Origin: Eledone cirrhosa
Taxonomy: Eukaryota
Length of the DNA stretch: 64,000 bases
Assembly: GCA_964016885.1 (NCBI GenBank)
Contig: OZ024743.1
Location: forward strand, 97,278,001-97,342,000
Reading direction: 5' to 3'
The notes beneath the pieces are model-generated. The model saw only the letters and a list, made by a program, of their open reading frames with translations. It searched no databases and had not been told where the DNA came from. Position 1 is the stretch's first letter. Every line of letters starts with the position of its first letter. Position numbers and translations under genes: made by a program. Of the stretch, positions 58,182 through 64,000 are shown piece by piece.

Positions 58182-58412
58182 AAAATTATTAAATATATAA
58201 ATAAATAAATAAATAAATAAATGCAATTGTTAATTAATAAATAAATTAACTAATACCTTAACACTTCACACAAAGTAAAATATTTTGTTTTAAACATTTT
58301 ATAATCCAGAAAAAAGAGAAAAAAATAAAAGAAAAAAAAAATCTTTCTCGTGTTTCTCTACTTATTTACACATATATATATATTCCAACTCATGTGTACC
58401 TTCTCCACATTT

Positions 58413-58515
<103 letters not shown>

Positions 58516-58535
58516 TTATATATCTATCTATCTAC

Positions 58536-59146
58536 GCATTCATACACTGCCCGGGCGTCACTGACCTGTGGGGCTATGTAGAACGACTATTGTCGCGGGT
58601 GGGACCAATCCAGTTGACCACCGAGTCCATTGTCATGATCAAACCGCCACCCTCCTTCAAAAACGAAGGAGAGGCGGTTTTCCTTTGTGTGATAGCTATG
58701 GCGAAAGAGGTTGTATGGTGGACAAGGTTGAAAGGGCTGAGGTCAGACACCTTTCTCTCCGGCCAACAACTGATTCTTTTTTTCAAATACCACTTTGGAA
58801 GAAGAATCAGGATGGAGAGAGAGGTGCTGTACCCCAGCAAGTTTTATGAAAGGTGGGTGAAAGTGGCGAGAATGGCCCGAGTGAATGGGCCTTCTCTCTA
58901 TATCAGCCTGTAGGTTGAGGAAAAGGAGGAGGAGAGGAAAGGAGTACAAGCTCTTCGTACTCCTAGAGATGAGGGCTGCACATTTTTTTCGGGGGTCTGT
59001 GTTACCCATATAAACTGTCTCCCTCTATTGGGGAAAATCGACTAACTTTTAAATTCCATCTGTGATAACATTTTACACGTTTTTATTGTATGTAAACTTC
59101 CCCCTTTGTATTTGTCCCCTTCTTTTGTGCCCCTGTGGCTAATAAA
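58536..59146 (+). mobile_element. Shorter copy of the Tx1-like LINE 3' end within (TA)n
   Basis: [20 protein letters not shown]...RMARVNGPSLYISL*, homologous to 43430-43990. Confidence 0.9.
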
Positions 59147-59160
59147 GAAGTATATCTATC

Positions 59161-59264
<104 letters not shown>

Positions 59265-60695
59265 GTAATAATAATAAATTTGAAGACTAAAATCCAAAGA
59301 GGGCTCGATAAGGATAAATATATATCAAATATATAAGAACCGTAGAGCAAATATTTATTAAAATAACAGATTAAAGTTTAAGCAAAGAATCGCTGCTTTC
59401 ACCCTTAACGGGATCTTCTGAAACTAACAAAGTCAATCTGTAAGCGCAGAACTGGATATTTCAAAAAACGTTGCAACCGGAGGAAGACAGGAAGACGATA
59501 CTTTGGTTCGTGGAAACATTCGCTGGCAAAGAACGGGAAAAAACGAATATAATACGTCATTAATAGGAGCGGTGAAAAACAATTACGTGCAAAGACAGAA
59601 CTACGTTTATAGTATAAAAGAGGTCGTAGACTAATGTTCTCTTAGGTGGTGCATAGAGACGTTCTCTGGCAATGAACGAAAAAAACGAAGATAATACGTG
59701 ATATGAGGAGCGTGGAGAATAATAGCACGCAAAGACAAAACCACGTAAATGGTATAACTGAAGTCGTAGACTAAAATTCTAACTAGGAGACCGAATGAAT
59801 CTCCGCTACAGAGTTAAGAACAAAGTAAATAAATACAATACAGAAGTAATAGAAATAAATAAATACATACACGCAAACAAATACGTACATACACAAGCAT
59901 ACGCAAAAACTTACCATAGGTATACAAAACCACGCACATATAAATATGTGTGTGTGTGTATGCGTGTATACAAATAAATAAATAATTATATAAACGTATA
60001 TAAATAAATAATTACGTATATAACAAGCGCACACACATACCTACATGTAAATACACGAATGTTCAGAGACGTAAGTCAACCAAAACATGAAGTGCACAAT
60101 ACACACACCCTACATACGTACGAACCTGCATACTCACACAGACGCAAAACTCCCGTATACACATAGCCAAACCATATGTACCAGAATATATAAAATTATA
60201 CGCCATAACAATCAAATATACGTACGAGAAGGACACGTACCTTCACAAAACATACGAGTAATATATACTTACCTATGCAAATAAGTGAAGTTATAAACAA
60301 AACATATACTTAGCTCCCATATCAAGACGTAAAATATCCACGTATAGATCGGATTATCTTCGTTTTTTTCGTTCATTGCCAGAGAACGTCTCTATGCACC
60401 ACCAAAGAGAACATTAGTCTACGACCTCTTTTATACCATAAACGTGGTTCTGTCTTTGCACGTAATTGTTTTTCACCGCTCCTAATAGTGACGTATTATA
60501 TTCGTTTTTTCCCGTTCTTCGCCAGTGAACGTTGCCACAAACCAAAGTATCGTCTTCCTGTCTTCCTCCGGTTGCAACGTTTTTTGAAATATCCAGTTCT
60601 GCGTTTACAGATTGACTTTGTTAGTTTCAGAAGATCCCGTTAAGGGTGAAAGCAGCGATTCTTTGCTTAAACTTTAATCTGTTATTTTAATAAAT
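59265..60695. mobile_element. CAGAAGA-family fold-back element with ~340-bp arms
   Basis: 59352-59695 and 60353-60695 are inverted; tail 59265-59351; intact HHRs at 59367-59440(-) and 60608-60681(+). Confidence 0.9.
60608..60681 (+). ncRNA. Type I HHR variant (A4, U10.1-U11.1, CUU) with bipartite stem I
   Basis: CAGATTGA-ctttgtt-AGTTT-CAGAAGA-T-CCC-GTTAA-GGG-T-GAAA-GCA..TGC-TT|AAACT-TTAATCTG. Confidence 0.7.
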
Positions 60696-60717
60696 ATATG
60701 TATATATATATATAAAT

Positions 60718-61094
60718 CTAAGTATGTATGTATGTATACGTACATACATATCTGTATACAGACGTACAGTAGTATGTATATATACATACATGCACACATA
60801 TATATATGCACGTATCGGTTTACCGAACATTTATTATAATGCCCGGTTTGTTTGTTTGTAAACAGTGTACGGCGTAATTCGGGCTGTTTGTTTGTTTGTT
60901 TGTAAACAGCCCGAATTACGCCGTACACTGTTTAGGCAACCGATACGTGCATATATATATGTGTGCATGTATGTATATATATACATACTACTGTACGTCT
61001 GTATACATATATGTATGCACGTATACATACATGCTTACATTTAAGTAACAGCCGTACTAAGAGTGAGAAATGAAATTTCGATTCATTCTATTCC

Positions 61095-61098
<4 letters not shown>
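60718..61098. mobile_element. Fold-back fragment of the ~430-bp unit lacking the HHR (another fragment at ~880-1030)
   Basis: Inverted halves around ~60895; homologous to 15780-16005. Confidence 0.75.
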
Positions 61099-61186
<88 letters not shown>

Positions 61187-61409
61187 GCGTATGTGTGTGT
61201 GTGTATGTGTGTATACAGTACACAAGACGGTCGGCTGAAACATTCATAGGGCTGACCAAGATACTCTCATGGATTATTTCTCAACATCTTCTCTGGAAAA
61301 CTTTGCAGTTATTAACAAGAAAAGTTGAAATGTGTGCATGCAATATCTCAGAGCGCTAACATCACACCTTCATAATCCTCATATGACCTCTTCACCCAAC
61401 ACTCGTGTA

Positions 61410-62180
61410 TATATATTCTCTATTCTAGGGCGGGTAAAATTCCCGAGATCCATGGATGAGTTCTCTTCCTCCAGCGGTCTCTGTCCCTCATTATCGCTGC
61501 CATGTCCTGCGTCTCCAACAGACCGGTGTCTGTCCTTTTGGCATCAACATACGTTAATCTTGTCTTCCTCTTCCAGTGTGTCCATGTAGGTGCTCCCATA
61601 GGAGCACTGAGTGCAATCTCAACTCTGGATGCCGGTGAGCATGTCCAGCTAACCTCAGTCTCCTCTGTATCAGTTTTGAGCTGACTTTTGGGAGGCTCCT
61701 ATACAGCTCTGAGTTTTTCATCCTCAGAGTATACTGATTAATGTTCAGAGCCATCCTCAGCATTCTTGTGTAGCACTGAATTTGCCGACGACATAGTTTT
61801 GGTGACAAAAACAGTGAAGGAGGCAGAGGATTTGATGCGGGAGGTTGAGACTGTGTGGATGAGTGTGGGGCTGAGAATGAATGAGGCTAAAACAAAATAT
61901 CTGGTAGAGAATGTTGAGAAGCCAGAGGGGATTACTAATGTAGGCGGGAAAGCCGCTAGAATTGGTTGAGGACTTCCTGTATTTGGGAGCAAAGATTGGG
62001 AATACGGAAGTTGATGTGGTTGAGAGGAAGAGCAAGGCCTGGGAGGCGTGCCACAGCTTGAGATCGGTGTGGAAGTCGGACCTTTGTAAAGACCTGAAAA
62101 TCCGCCTCTTCATTGCTGTAGTGGAGTCTGTGCTGCTGTACGGGTCTGAGACTTGGACACTGACCAAGAAACTCACTAAG
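61410..62180. mobile_element. RTE-like LINE with 5' inversion
   Basis: Plus 61777-62180: FADDI...GLRMNEAKTK...FLYLG...VLLYGSETWTLTKKL. Minus 61775 to 61410: CYTRMLRMALN...RRLRLAGH...LLWE..GR and 3' end. Confidence 0.9.
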
Positions 62181-62381
62181 TAGTAACACAACAGTTAGTT
62201 CACCATACCGAAAACAATTGTTTCACCTTATGCAGATCTCCAGCTCGGACTGGTCATGGTTATACGGAACAGGAAGAACGTTCTTCCTGTTCCGTATAAC
62301 CATGTCCAGTCCAAGCTGAAGATCCGCATAAGGTGAAACAATTGTTCTCGGTTTGGTGAACTAACTGTTGTGTTACTACTT
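62178..62381. mobile_element. Spacerless 204-bp palindrome with two outward HHRs
   Basis: Centre AAC|GTT at 62279/80. Plus HHR at 62311-62351: CCAAG-CTGAAGA-T-CC..GG-T-GAAA-CAATTG-TT|CTCGG. Minus HHR at 62208-62248 (core CTGGAGA). Confidence 0.88.
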
Positions 62382-62438
62382 CTGCCAAACTCGTCCTATG
62401 GACTGAGTGCTCTACCACTACGGACATTACCTTCCGGT

Positions 62439-62504
<66 letters not shown>

Positions 62505-62519
62505 TCTCTCTCTCTCTCT

Positions 62520-62623
<104 letters not shown>

Positions 62624-63438
62624 ATATAAATAATTGTATAGTATAAAAATATTGCACAGATATTTCGTAATATGCTTAAATACATAAACACTACAAATTG
62701 GTGTAAGGAAAATTAATATATTGATGAGCCAATCATTGTAGTATAACAATGTGTTTTGTACACAGATATTACTGCTTCCACTGGAATAACCATAAAAATA
62801 TATCTTTCGTTAGGCCAGATAAGACATTTTGACACGTCAGCTCTTCTTTTAAAACATTTATTTCTCTTTGTCTTTACGTTTGGATTGACAATCTTCAAAT
62901 TTAGTAAAATAATTCTACGGTTATATTTTCGTTGTTATGTTTTCCCCAAAAGATTGTTTTGAAGAAAAAATATTGAAACATCTAAAACTAAAATCTAAAT
63001 CTTTTCAATTATTTCTTGCTATTTATAATTTAATTATATTTATATATTTGTAAGTTCAGCTTCAGTAAAAACATGACAAAGGTTTGAATAGTCGTTAAAA
63101 TATATTTGCAGAAGAGGTTCCTGTTCCTTACATATTGTGTTCAAATCCTGCAGAGTTCAGCTTGGTTTTCATAGAATCAATAAAGTACCAGCATGCACTG
63201 CGCTCAACAATTGACGTAACAACAGACAGTGTGTAAGTTTAGTAAAATAATTCTTCGGTAATATTTTTATTTTACTGTTTTCTTCAAAAGATAGTTTAGG
63301 AGAAAATATATAGAAATATCTCAAATCAAAAATCTTTTCAATTATTTCTTAATGTTTATAATTCAATTCTCTTTAGATATATATAATTTAGTTTCTGTAA
63401 AAACATAACAAGGACGGATTATTTGCAGAGTTGTAAAG

Positions 63439-63952
<514 letters not shown>

Positions 63953-64000
63953 GTAGGTACTCCGTCGGTTACGACGACGAGTGTTCCAATTGATTCGATC

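Noticed and set aside
61218-61390. Mariner-TIR-like start (ACAAGACGGTCGGCTGAAACATTC)
   Set aside because: No matching second terminus in the window.

Overview
AT-rich eukaryotic genomic DNA saturated with microsatellites. The SINE family and repeat make-up suggest an octopod cephalopod (inference, not verified). Most ORF-track entries are artefacts of (TA)n, (CA)n, (GA)n or minisatellite translation. The real coding remnants are transposon-derived: a 5'-truncated Penelope-like element (RT C-terminus plus GIY-YIG, 49150-51210 minus), two Tx1-like LINE 3' fragments, RTE-like fragments (one with a twin-priming inversion) and a gag-knuckle-like relic. There are also three non-autonomous Helitrons, about a dozen tRNA-derived SINEs, a 2.9-kb minisatellite and two weak candidate host exons. 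The main non-obvious signal is more than 30 type I hammerhead ribozyme (HHR) motifs from over ten sequence families, found by manual base-pairing. Most sit in fold-back elements next to (TA)n tracts, with ribozymes pointing outward in all nine clear two-ribozyme cases. Several families carry recurrent non-canonical cores (U3-A8, C4, A4, U10.1-U11.1). A ~430-bp tandem HHR array looks like a non-LTR retrozyme, and one inverted copy of its unit begins exactly at the predicted self-cleavage site. All structures were read by eye; no folding, search or activity data are available.
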